Below the pieces are notes generated by a model. The model saw only the letters and a list, made by a program, of their open reading frames with translations, had not been told where the DNA came from and did not search any database. From an uncultured virus (IMG/VR IMGVR_UViG_3300031998_000055) (lineage: Duplodnaviria; Heunggongvirae; Uroviricota; Caudoviricetes), in the IMG/VR virus record IMGVR_UViG_3300031998_000055: a stretch of DNA of 64,000 nucleotides. One strand, given 5' to 3'. The position numbers were made by a program, and so were the translations under genes. Positions 44,570-53,961 of the stretch are shown here, piece by piece (position 1 is the first letter of the stretch; the number at the start of each line of letters is the position of its first letter).

Positions 44570-45274
44570 TTGAAAATGATACCATTCAGCGAAATCTTCG
44601 ATCTCGCGGTCAACCTTTTCGATGACCCCGACATCAGGCGGATGTACGTCGAGGATCCGGTGGGATTCCAGCAGTCCATGCGCCCTTACCTCATAAAAGG
44701 CAAGGAGGAATTCACCCACCCGATCGCGATAGCAGACAAACTCGCGGTCTATTCCGCCCCTCAAGGCTCCCTGGAGGAGTTTGACGGGGACGGGTCAGCC
44801 GTTTATGGCTTGAGTACCACGCCGACCCCAGGGTCTTCGTTCACCTACAAAGTGAACGGATTCCCCGTGATTGGGGGTTCCTACGATCCGGAGACCGGGA
44901 AAGTGACTTTCCCGGAGCCGGTCCCCGAGGGATCCGTGGCGTCGGTTGCATGGTACTATGCCGGCGCTTTCACGGAGGATTTCTCGGACCTTGGCCTTCG
45001 CGGCGACTACAACGTCGCCGGGATCATGTCCAAGGTCATGAACATCCTCGCCACCTCGGTGGCCGTCGCGTGGAGCTTCAACGAGATGAACCGCGCGCTT
45101 GAGATCAGGAACATCCTGTCCAACGCGGAACTCTCGTTCTATTCGCCGGCTAATTCGGCGCAGGCCAAATCGGAATGGCATATCCGCGTCCAACGCGAGA
45201 TGGATAGCCTTGAGTCCCAATTGAATTGGCGCATATACGCCACCCCGCTGGGTGGCAGCCGCTTCGGGAAGTGA
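44570..45274 (+). CDS. head-tail adaptor-like protein
   Basis: PFSEIFDL...ILA...FYSPAN pattern and position. Confidence 0.6.
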   Translation: MKMIPFSEIFDLAVNLFDDPDIRRMYVEDPVGFQQSMRPYLIKGKEEFTHPIAIADKLAVYSAPQGSLEEFDGDGSAVYGLSTTPTPGSSFTYKVNGFPVIGGSYDPETGKVTFPEPVPEGSVASVAWYYAGAFTEDFSDLGLRGDYNVAGIMSKVMNILATSVAVAWSFNEMNRALEIRNILSNAELSFYSPANSAQAKSEWHIRVQREMDSLESQLNWRIYATPLGGSRFGK

Positions 45275-45279
45275 CGACC

Positions 45280-45657
45280 ATGTCGGAGCAACTGGAAGGG
45301 GCGCTGTGCGCCGTATCCCTCACGGACGGGGAGAAGGTCGAGTACCTAAAAAGCGTCCGTACCCAACTCATCAAGCTCCTGAACCTCATAGAGGCCGAGA
45401 GGGACGGCGGCGCGTCTGCGCGGCTTTTCTTCGGAGGCCTGATGTTCGATATCGGATCCGCCGATTGGCTTTTCGGGAACCGGCTCTCGTCGGTCATCGT
45501 CAAGCTGAACGGCCTTTACATGGAAAACGCGTACCTCTCCCTTGAGCATCGCGTGATCCGCAACAAGATATTCGAATCGAGGGGAGTGATAGATGGCCTT
45601 ATCCGGGAGATAGAAGGAACCGAGCGCCCGAAGGCGCGCAGGCCCAAGGGGGAATGA
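45280..45657 (+). CDS. hypothetical protein
   Basis: MSEQLE...KLLNLIE...IRNKIFE. Confidence 0.6.
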   Translation: MSEQLEGALCAVSLTDGEKVEYLKSVRTQLIKLLNLIEAERDGGASARLFFGGLMFDIGSADWLFGNRLSSVIVKLNGLYMENAYLSLEHRVIRNKIFESRGVIDGLIREIEGTERPKARRPKGE

Positions 45658-45660
45658 CCC

Positions 45661-46803
45661 ATGGGCAGAGTCACCGACATCTCCAAGGGGTGCGTCGCGG
45701 GATACGTGACGCTGTCCAGCACCCCGAAGAACAGGGATAAGCGCAATTTCTTCAGAAGGGAATTGCAGGACAAATACGACGCGGAATGGAAATACGCGCC
45801 CGACGTCGTCGACGTCGAATACGAGGCGTCTTGGGGCAAGAGCGACTTCGAATGGATCGAGGTCAGGGACCAGAAGGTCCGCAGCGACAAGAACAAGCCG
45901 TATTCGGACGACACGAGGAGGCTCGTGTTCCGCGACATAAGCGAGAAGCGCTTCCGGATCGGAAGCAAATTCCGCTTCTCAGAGAGGTTCGATGAGGGCA
46001 TCCCGCCCGAGGAGAGGAGCATCTGGCTCGCCACCAACGCATCTTATGCGTCGCCCGCCACATCGGTGGTCGTCACGAGGTGCAACGGCCGGCTTGGCTT
46101 CCGACTCACGGACGAAAGGGGCATATCACGGGCCTATTATGAGCCGGTCATATTCGGCGGGGAGCTGAAAGGCGTCGATATCTACGACAGCCAGACGGCG
46201 GTGTCCCCCGAATCCGAGCTCACTGCGGTCATGCAGCACAACGCGCATACCGCCACTTTCTACATTAACCAGCGATTCGTCGTGGGATACGATCAGGTCT
46301 ATAGGGTGAAGGGTTTGAACAAATTCTACTCCCGCACGACCGACGATCCACACGACCCAGGCCTCATGATCCTGTACCTGGAGATCACCGAGAAGTCCGA
46401 GAAGGACGAGTTCGGCGACGTTCTGATCGCTTACAACGAGAGCCATGACGTCATCATGCAGCCATCCGGCCAGCCCGGGGAAGCTGCGATAGAGTGGACG
46501 GCGCCGAAGGTCATCCCTTCGTCCGCGCCCACCGAGGCGACGGTCTTCTCCGCCCGGCCATTGGTCGGCGGCCAGGAGATCCAGGCGGCCCTCGCGTTCT
46601 CCTATGAATTGGAGAATCTGCCAAGCGGCGTCGACCCGGCGAAATACGTCGAGTTCGAGGTCAGCGGCAATTCGTTCTCCCTGAAGAGGAAGAAGCAGTA
46701 TCTGAACGGCGGGATAAGGATCACCGCCACTTTGCCGGCATCCGAGTACGGCGGCTCCGAGGATTATTCGGTGTCGTTCTCGATGAGGATGAGCGGCTTG
46801 TGA
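45661..46803 (+). CDS. neck/head-closure-like structural protein
   Basis: 380 aa; RCN...INQRF pattern and position. Confidence 0.55.
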   Translation: MGRVTDISKGCVAGYVTLSSTPKNRDKRNFFRRELQDKYDAEWKYAPDVVDVEYEASWGKSDFEWIEVRDQKVRSDKNKPYSDDTRRLVFRDISEKRFRIGSKFRFSERFDEGIPPEERSIWLATNASYASPATSVVVTRCNGRLGFRLTDERGISRAYYEPVIFGGELKGVDIYDSQTAVSPESELTAVMQHNAHTATFYINQRFVVGYDQVYRVKGLNKFYSRTTDDPHDPGLMILYLEITEKSEKDEFGDVLIAYNESHDVIMQPSGQPGEAAIEWTAPKVIPSSAPTEATVFSARPLVGGQEIQAALAFSYELENLPSGVDPAKYVEFEVSGNSFSLKRKKQYLNGGIRITATLPASEYGGSEDYSVSFSMRMSGL

Positions 46804-46821
46804 CGCTAGGAGGCAGAAGGC

Positions 46822-47502
46822 ATGGAATACAGCGGAAAATACCAAAGCGCAAACAGGTTCTCCAACCTGGACGGCATCGAAGCCAAGATCATAACGCATC
46901 TGATAGGCTCGAAGTCGTGCTTGGCGGAAGATATCTGGCGTCTGCTGAAATACGCGGATGAGGGAGCCCTATCCAAACCGGCCCTTACGAGGGAGGAGAA
47001 GGAGGAGCTAGTCTTCACCGGGGACAACGGTGCCCCGGACGCGACCAAAGCGGCTCGCGTCTTCTTGGCGCCCTTCGTCGACGATGCGTGGAAAGAACAA
47101 GGTTCCTCTTTGTACGTCTACGTCTCCGAGATCTATCCTTTAGATAGGATGAATTCGGAGGTCGTGGTCAACTTCGAGGTCGTTGTCCATTCCCAAACCA
47201 GCGTGGTCAGGGGAAATGGCGATCCAGATTTGAACCCGCATGCGAATCCCAACGATTCGGACGCGGAGGGGAATCTCGTCGTTTCCGTCAAGAACCGCGC
47301 CACCGCCCTCATGAAGGATGTGATGGCCGAATTCAACGGCATCTACCTGGATGGGGTCGGCTACCTTTTCATGGCCGATGGCAAAAAAGCCAAGGCCGGC
47401 GTGAAGGTATCGCTGTGGAACAAGGGGTCGTTCTATGGCCACCGCATATCGATGGTCATGGGAATGTCGGGAGTCTCTTCGGCTCCCCAATATGCCTGCT
47501 GA
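46822..47502 (+). CDS. tail terminator/completion-like protein
   Basis: IWRLLKY...FEVVVH...FNG...GVG and position. Confidence 0.55.
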   Translation: MEYSGKYQSANRFSNLDGIEAKIITHLIGSKSCLAEDIWRLLKYADEGALSKPALTREEKEELVFTGDNGAPDATKAARVFLAPFVDDAWKEQGSSLYVYVSEIYPLDRMNSEVVVNFEVVVHSQTSVVRGNGDPDLNPHANPNDSDAEGNLVVSVKNRATALMKDVMAEFNGIYLDGVGYLFMADGKKAKAGVKVSLWNKGSFYGHRISMVMGMSGVSSAPQYAC

Positions 47503-47513
47503 GGCGAAGGCAT

Positions 47514-48506
47514 ATGGAAAAAGACAAATACAAGGGGGTAAACCCCGACATCGCGAAGGAGCTCATGGCCTATGAGACCACCTACTTCCGCATGGATGAG
47601 CCGGTGCCGTTCTGCGGCCTGGCGATACGCCCTGCGACGGTCAGGGACTATGAGATATTCCTGGACGCGACGAGCTGCCTCACATTGGATAAGAACAAGA
47701 CTCTGGAGGGGATCAGGATGTCCAACCTCGACTACTTCGTCAAGATGCTGTCGGGGGAGGAAGGGCCTCTCTGGTCTTATAGATTGACCAATTTGGTCAA
47801 AGTCTGCTTCGGAATACCGAGCGGATACCGCTGCCCGAAATGCGGGAAGCTGATACCGTTCGGGAGCGAGGAGGCCGTGGCGCTCGCCAAAGCCTCCGAG
47901 GAATCTGCCAAAAGATATGTGGAGGAACATCCCGATTCCCTCGGGACGGAAGAAGGGCTCATCGCCCTTCGGGAAGCCGCCAAGCCAAAGTGCCCCGATG
48001 ACGGGGAGGAGCTTAGACCGACGGTCTCGCTCGACAAAGGGGAAGATGGGAAGAGCCGTTTAGTGATAGACGGCCATCCCATTAATTCCTCTGATTTCAA
48101 CAGATTCCGTCAAATCGTGCTTTTCCAGAATCTCCCCGATTACCGGGACGAGAGCTGGGTTGACCCGGCACTCAAGAAGGACAGGGAGATGAAGCTCGAG
48201 ATGGAACGTAAGCAGAATGATCTCCACGCATCCGTGGAGAAGAAGGTCATAGCCCTATCAGTCTCGACGAATTACCGACTCGCCGAGATATGGGATATGT
48301 CCGTCAGGAAATTCTCGATGGCCTTGTCCACCGTGGATGCACTGATAAACTATCAGATAACCAAGCTCGCGTACATGACGGGCTTGGTGACGCCGCCGAA
48401 AGGGAAGCCTCTGGAACATTGGATATACACGTACGACCGTGACATGTATGGAGATGACTACAAGGCTCTAAGCGCGGCACAGGCCGACGCCGCCCTAGCC
48501 GGGTGA
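47514..48506 (+). CDS. tail assembly chaperone-like protein
   Basis: DFNRFRQIVLFQN...IWDMSVRKF...EHWI; start refined to MEKDK. Confidence 0.55.
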   Translation: MEKDKYKGVNPDIAKELMAYETTYFRMDEPVPFCGLAIRPATVRDYEIFLDATSCLTLDKNKTLEGIRMSNLDYFVKMLSGEEGPLWSYRLTNLVKVCFGIPSGYRCPKCGKLIPFGSEEAVALAKASEESAKRYVEEHPDSLGTEEGLIALREAAKPKCPDDGEELRPTVSLDKGEDGKSRLVIDGHPINSSDFNRFRQIVLFQNLPDYRDESWVDPALKKDREMKLEMERKQNDLHASVEKKVIALSVSTNYRLAEIWDMSVRKFSMALSTVDALINYQITKLAYMTGLVTPPKGKPLEHWIYTYDRDMYGDDYKALSAAQADAALAG

Positions 48507-48666
48507 CGCCGACCGGTTCAATCTGTTTCCCCATATGGTATAAAGAAGAGGAGGATGCGATCTTATGTCAACCATCGTCAGCGGTGATCGTCAATCGACC
48601 ATCGTATCCACAAGAACCTTCGTCTCCCCAAATACCATAGTAGGATATAAAGGAGAATTAAGATCT

Positions 48667-49710
48667 ATGGACAAAAACAATTATTTCCTTGGCTCAGTCG
48701 GTTCCGTCAGCGCTTTCCGCAGGAACAACGCCGGCGAATTGGAGTTGGCTTTCGTTTCCACGACCAATACCGACCAAGGCCTTAACACCACCGTGTCCGC
48801 CGACGACCTTCGCGGCGGCCAAGGCGCCCCCATCATCACCCGCTTCTACCATGATACCTCCGTTGAGATCACCCTCACCGACATCATGTTCAAAGAAGCC
48901 TACATCCGCGCTCAGCTCGGCGCTGACTTCCAGTCCGAAGGCAAGGCCTATGTCTGCGAAAATCTCGACGTTGCCACTGGCAAAGTCACTCTCAGCCATA
49001 CCCCTTCCAGCATCGGTTTCGGCTGCGACACCGGTTCCAAGACCGCTGTCTGGTACGCTTCCGAAGGCAAGAATAACTGGGTTTTGGCCGAAGAAAGCGA
49101 ATTGAGCGACAAGGAAGTGACCCTCAACACCGCAAAACTCGGTGAGACTCCTACCCGCGTCACCGTCCGTTATCTCGCCACTGGCCTTTCCGGCGCCGTC
49201 GAAGCGAAGATCTACGCGAACTTCGTTCCCGAAGAGCTCTTCCTCGTCATCACGACCCCGCTCTTCGCCGGCGATGCCTGCAATGCCTCCAATGGCGCTG
49301 CTGCCGGCTCCGTCCAATTCGAGATCCCCAGGTTCCGCTTGAACGGTGGACAGGATTTCGCTGCTGCGATGTCCTCTAACCAGACCGTCAACATGAGCGG
49401 CTCCGCCATGGGCACCATCGGTGGATGCGACTCCAGGGGCGCGTATCTCTACAAGATCATCATCAACTACGAGAATGAGACGCTCGGTGATCGCTATCGC
49501 TCTCTCGAGGTCTTGGATGAATCCCTCAAAGCCAATGCCATCCCAGTCGTTTACGGCATCGATGGACAGAACAATGCGACTTTGATCTCCAACAACCTCT
49601 TGAGCTTCAGCCCGGCCCTCGTCGGCGGCGCTTTCTCTACCAGCGGTTCCAACACCATCACCGCGAAAGACGGCTCCGGCCTTACTGCTACCGTCACCGT
49701 CGCGGCCTAA
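48667..49710 (+). CDS. major tail tube protein
   Basis: MDKNNY start after AAAGGAG; DLRGGQG...YHD; codon bias like the capsid gene; C-terminal Ig-like strand. Confidence 0.7.
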   Translation: MDKNNYFLGSVGSVSAFRRNNAGELELAFVSTTNTDQGLNTTVSADDLRGGQGAPIITRFYHDTSVEITLTDIMFKEAYIRAQLGADFQSEGKAYVCENLDVATGKVTLSHTPSSIGFGCDTGSKTAVWYASEGKNNWVLAEESELSDKEVTLNTAKLGETPTRVTVRYLATGLSGAVEAKIYANFVPEELFLVITTPLFAGDACNASNGAAAGSVQFEIPRFRLNGGQDFAAAMSSNQTVNMSGSAMGTIGGCDSRGAYLYKIIINYENETLGDRYRSLEVLDESLKANAIPVVYGIDGQNNATLISNNLLSFSPALVGGAFSTSGSNTITAKDGSGLTATVTVAA

Positions 49711-49724
49711 TCGGGCCGCCTAAG

Positions 49725-49907
49725 ATGGCCAAAGACCCTCAGCATCCATCTAAATGCAAAAACGCCAAGCGCGTGAATGATTTCTGCTTTACTTGCGAGA
49801 TATTGAAGCATAATTGCCCATTTCAGAGGTATTGTTCCAGAACCCATTGCAATATATTGGTGGATTGCGAGAAATGCTCTTCGTTCGCTGAGAACGAGGA
49901 GAGCTGA
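49725..49907 (+). CDS. small Cys-rich protein
   Basis: C...C...CPFQRYC...C...C pattern. Confidence 0.6.
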   Translation: MAKDPQHPSKCKNAKRVNDFCFTCEILKHNCPFQRYCSRTHCNILVDCEKCSSFAENEES

Positions 49908-49912
49908 AAATC

Positions 49913-49958
49913 GCCCCCGCCCCGGCTACGAGCCTCGGCGGGGGTTTTTGTGTTTTTT
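49913..49958 (+). terminator. intrinsic terminator
   Basis: GCCCCCGCC...GGCGGGGGT followed by a T-rich tract. Confidence 0.7.
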
Positions 49959-50050
49959 GTTTCCCTTTGCTAGTTTTTCGAAGTCGGCGTCTCGCCGCTT
50001 TCTTTTTTTTCTTTTCGCAAAGGGGAACAGCGAAGCGAAAGGAGGCCGAA

Positions 50051-51181
50051 ATGCCTATTAAGATATGCGTATATGCGATCTGCAAGAACGAATCAAAATT
50101 CATAGATGCATGGCTCGACAATATGTCGGAAGCCGATTACATCGTCGTTTTGGATACCGGATCTACTGATGGATCGTATGAGAGACTGTCTTCGGATCCT
50201 AGGGTGACGAAGGTCATCCGCAAAAACATAACCCCTTGGCGTTTCGACGTCGCCAGAAACGAATCCATGAAATTGGTTCCCGATGACGCCGATGTCCTGG
50301 TCTGCACGGATTTCGATGAGAGATTCGACAAAGGATGGGCCGATGTCATCCGCAGCAATTGGGGAGAGGGGAAATACAATCGAGCGAGATATGTCTATGT
50401 TTGGGGAACGAACGAGATGAACGAGCCGGCCGACGTATTCTTTTATGATAAGATAACGACCCGCGATTATCATTGGAAATACCCAGTGCATGAGATATTG
50501 ACCCCAAATGATGGAATCGAGGAGCGCCGTCTTGATCTGGATCAGCAAATCGTTCTGCGCCATTATCCGGATTTGGAGAAATCGCGCGCCAGCTATCCCG
50601 GCCTCATAAAGATGGGCGCGGAAGAGCTTCCCGAAGACCCCCATGCCAGATATCTGTACGCAAGGGAATTGCTTACCACGAATAAACTGGATGAGGCTCT
50701 TGAGGAATTCAAGGCCATACTTGGGATGCCTGATATCAGAGACGAAAGCCATAAAGCGCAATATTATGCCTGTTTGGTCTCGTGCATGTCGATATATTTG
50801 GCGAAGAAGGATTATTCATCCGTCGTCGCATATGGCAACGAGCTCATCGCTCACGATGATACGTATTTCGAGCCGTATCTTTTCATAGCTGAAGTCTACA
50901 ATGCTTTGGATAATTACGAGATAGCCAGAGCTTACGCCAAAGGCGCGTTGGTCAAGTGCCATCGTCATTATCATTGGTTCGAGCTTCCTTATACTTTTTT
51001 GGGTTGGCCCCAGGAAATATTGGCCGTATCGTACGCCGGCCTCGGCGATATCGATTCGGCGCTGGAATACATAAAAGAGCCGCTTAAGCATTATCCGAAC
51101 GACCTTAGGCTCCTGAAGAAGGAAAACGCTTTGTTGAAAATGAAGCTCAGATCTATTGAACAATCGAAAAACCCCGCATAA
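50051..51181 (+). CDS. GT2-family glycosyltransferase with TPR repeats
   Basis: ICVYAICKNE, VLDTGSTDGS, FDVARN, DFDE and VHE motifs; helical TPR-like C-terminus. Confidence 0.85.
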   Translation: MPIKICVYAICKNESKFIDAWLDNMSEADYIVVLDTGSTDGSYERLSSDPRVTKVIRKNITPWRFDVARNESMKLVPDDADVLVCTDFDERFDKGWADVIRSNWGEGKYNRARYVYVWGTNEMNEPADVFFYDKITTRDYHWKYPVHEILTPNDGIEERRLDLDQQIVLRHYPDLEKSRASYPGLIKMGAEELPEDPHARYLYARELLTTNKLDEALEEFKAILGMPDIRDESHKAQYYACLVSCMSIYLAKKDYSSVVAYGNELIAHDDTYFEPYLFIAEVYNALDNYEIARAYAKGALVKCHRHYHWFELPYTFLGWPQEILAVSYAGLGDIDSALEYIKEPLKHYPNDLRLLKKENALLKMKLRSIEQSKNPA

Positions 51182-51295
51182 ATCGAATAAAAGCGCGTTT
51201 TCATGCACAATAGCCGGCCCCTATGCGAGAAGGGCCTGGTTTTTCTGTATTTTCTCGCGAATTAAAAGGAAACCAACAGGAGGTAAAGAAAAACC

Positions 51296-51961
51296 ATGAC
51301 TTCTACTTTATTCACTTTAGGCGGCGGAGCCGGTATCGGCTCTTACGTCGTCGTTTTCGAGAACGGCGTTATCAGGCCCGATACCGATTTCGTCAAGGTG
51401 CGCGGCGCCTACGACGCCGGTGACTCCATCCTCTTCTCGATCATCGATGAAGGGGCTTCCGAGGCTTTGATCCCCGCCGCAGGTTGGGTCGGAGATGAAA
51501 ATGAGCTTCATCTGATTGCCCGCGATTTCGATGATAACAAGACTTATCAGGTCGTCGCGGAGGCCGGCGCGCATGAACCCGTCGAGGCCGAAGTCGAGGA
51601 AGGGATCGAATTGGGCGACGAGACCGTTCCCACCATGGAGGATCTCGCGGCCAAGGCCGACCTCGTGGATGGCAAGGTTCCAGCATCCCAGCTCCCGAGC
51701 TACGTCGACGACGTCGTCGAGTATGCTTCCATGAGCGAATTCCCCGAAGAGGGCGAAGCCGATAAGATTTACGTCGACTTGTCGACGGGATACACCTATC
51801 GCTGGGGAGGAACCGAATACGTTCAGATCGGGGGACAGGACCTTAGTGATTATTATACCAAGTCCGAGACCAATGATCTTTTGGCTGCCAAGACCAGCGC
51901 CGAAGAGGTCCAGGCCATGATCGACGCCGCGATCGATGACGCGCTAGAGGCCACTTATTGA
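51296..51961 (+). CDS. virion structural/fiber-associated protein
   Basis: Contains the KADLVDGKVPASQLPSYVDDV...GYTYRW module. Confidence 0.65.
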   Translation: MTSTLFTLGGGAGIGSYVVVFENGVIRPDTDFVKVRGAYDAGDSILFSIIDEGASEALIPAAGWVGDENELHLIARDFDDNKTYQVVAEAGAHEPVEAEVEEGIELGDETVPTMEDLAAKADLVDGKVPASQLPSYVDDVVEYASMSEFPEEGEADKIYVDLSTGYTYRWGGTEYVQIGGQDLSDYYTKSETNDLLAAKTSAEEVQAMIDAAIDDALEATY

Positions 51962-51980
51962 TGGCTGAAGGAGAGTTAAT

Positions 51981-52154
51981 ATGCCTGATAAAAAGACATT
52001 AACAGACGTCTTCACCGACGTCGCGGACGCGATCCGCGAAAAGAAAAGCTCCGTTGAGCCTATTTGTCCCCTCGACTTCGCGACGGAGATATCCACGATT
52101 GAGGGGGGCGGAGAAGATCCCGAACTTGATGCATTGATGCAGGAGGAGTTCTAA
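51981..52154 (+). CDS. small protein with a fiber-type N-terminal motif (57 aa)
   Basis: Hand-translated MPDKKTLTDVFTDVADAIREKKSSVEPICPLDFATEISTIEGG...; AAGGAG RBS. Confidence 0.6.
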   Translation: MPDKKTLTDVFTDVADAIREKKSSVEPICPLDFATEISTIEGGGEDPELDALMQEEF

Positions 52155-52155
52155 T

Positions 52156-53946
52156 ATGAGCGAAAATATTGAAAAACTCCGTACATTGCTTGAAAAGACA
52201 GCGGACCTTACCCGTAAGGTCAACGGAGGCACAGAAGGCTTGACCGTTGACGATATGAATCAGGAGATCACTGGCAATGAAACGGTGACGGCCTTTGCGA
52301 GCGCCAACAAAACCATTGATACGAATGATATGTGGCAGTATGCCCGTACGATTGCCCTTCCAGAAGGTATCTCTTTCATACCATCGAAATTTTGCAGTCC
52401 CGGATTTGGCGATAACAATATTCTCCGTAAAGTGACTTTCCCCTCTACCGTCTACGGAATTGGCTTCTCTGCTTTTTACTATTGCAGGAAACTCGAAGAA
52501 ATCAATGTTCCTCCGAATCTAAGTTATATCCACAGCAACGCTTTCAATGGTTGTGAAAAATTAAAATACGCAAACCTCGCCTTCCCCTCTTCTCTGCAAA
52601 CCATTGGAGAATATGCCTTCTTCCGTTGCTATGGCCTTACTGGCTCGCTAACGATTCCATCCAGCCTTACCTCGATGGGATCGAGGGCTTTTGATTATAC
52701 GCCAATAGATTCTCTGATTTACCACGCTTCTGTCATGAATCAGGCTGCATTCGCGGATTGCTCGAAGCTTGTTTCGGCAACTTTTACTTCGGATGAGCTT
52801 CTTACTTTGCCAAATAACTGTTTCAAAGATTGTGTTTCTCTCGCTACAGTGAATCTTCCTCCCAACCTTATTGACATAGGAGGAGGGGCTTTTAACGATA
52901 CTGGGCTTACTTCCATTACCTTACCTTCGGGAATCACTAGTATAAAAACCGGCACTTTCAGTAGCTGCATTTATCTTTCGGGAGTGACCTTTTTGGGAGA
53001 CATCGCGACGATTGGCGATTATGCATTCGCAAATTGCCGTTCTCTGTCTTCTTTTTCTATTCCGCAAACTGTTACGCGCATTGGAGAGTTGGCTTTCGCG
53101 GGAGCGATGATTACTTCTGTCAATATTCCCTCTGCGACCACCGAAATAGGGGATGGCGCTTTCCGATGCACCACTCTGCAATCGATTGCTGTCGATCCTG
53201 GGAACCATGCTTACGATAGCCGGGACAATTGCAATTGCTTGATCAAAACCGTTGGCAATAAACTGCTTCAAGGCAGCAGCGATTCGGTTATTCCGTCGAC
53301 CGTTACTTCCATAGAAGATAATGCTTTCTTCGGAATCGGGATAGATTCCCTCGAAATTCCTTCTTCGATCACGAAGATAGGGGAGGCTGCTTTTGATTCC
53401 TGCAGCATTTCTTCCGTCTGGCTTCCCAATTCCATTGTTTCTTTAGGAGAACGTGCTTTTAATAATTGCGAAAGCTTAACTTCTATTCACTTTCCCCCCG
53501 CTGGATCGTTGGTTGAAATTCCCGACAATCTTTGCGCTGGCTGCAGGAGCCTTACGGGTGTATCAATCCCTGACGGATATACTTTAATTGGATCTGGCGC
53601 ATTTGCGAACAGCGGTCTGGTTCAGGTTGCTTTGCCGCAGGATTTGGAAACCATTGAATACAATGCTTTCTCCTATACCAATCTAGAATCGATCGAAATA
53701 CCGGCTTCCGTTACCAAGATTGAGCCAGACGCTTTCTCTTATAACGATCAGCTTGATGGCCACATACTCGTCCACTACCCGAATCCGATAAACCAATTGA
53801 GCGGGGATGATACTTATCTGAAAAATGTCTTACGAAGTTTTTATGCGGAGAGATTGATTCATATAGAAATTCTCGATGGAGACGGCGTCACGACTCAGGT
53901 CAATTTGGAAGATTATTTCTCCGGTGGCTCTGGATCCGGTGATTAA
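52156..53946 (+). CDS. BspA-type (LRR_5) leucine-rich repeat protein
   Basis: Many IPxxVTxIGxxAFxxCxxL repeats; VDPGNHAYDSRDNCNCLI. Confidence 0.92.
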   Translation: MSENIEKLRTLLEKTADLTRKVNGGTEGLTVDDMNQEITGNETVTAFASANKTIDTNDMWQYARTIALPEGISFIPSKFCSPGFGDNNILRKVTFPSTVYGIGFSAFYYCRKLEEINVPPNLSYIHSNAFNGCEKLKYANLAFPSSLQTIGEYAFFRCYGLTGSLTIPSSLTSMGSRAFDYTPIDSLIYHASVMNQAAFADCSKLVSATFTSDELLTLPNNCFKDCVSLATVNLPPNLIDIGGGAFNDTGLTSITLPSGITSIKTGTFSSCIYLSGVTFLGDIATIGDYAFANCRSLSSFSIPQTVTRIGELAFAGAMITSVNIPSATTEIGDGAFRCTTLQSIAVDPGNHAYDSRDNCNCLIKTVGNKLLQGSSDSVIPSTVTSIEDNAFFGIGIDSLEIPSSITKIGEAAFDSCSISSVWLPNSIVSLGERAFNNCESLTSIHFPPAGSLVEIPDNLCAGCRSLTGVSIPDGYTLIGSGAFANSGLVQVALPQDLETIEYNAFSYTNLESIEIPASVTKIEPDAFSYNDQLDGHILVHYPNPINQLSGDDTYLKNVLRSFYAERLIHIEILDGDGVTTQVNLEDYFSGGSGSGD

Positions 53947-53961
53947 CAGCCATTTTGATGT

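Noticed and set aside
52156..53946. Diversity-generating retroelement targeting the LRR or fiber genes
   Set aside because: No reverse transcriptase and no adenine-specific TR/VR pair in the window; the 60-aa duplication differs at all base types.
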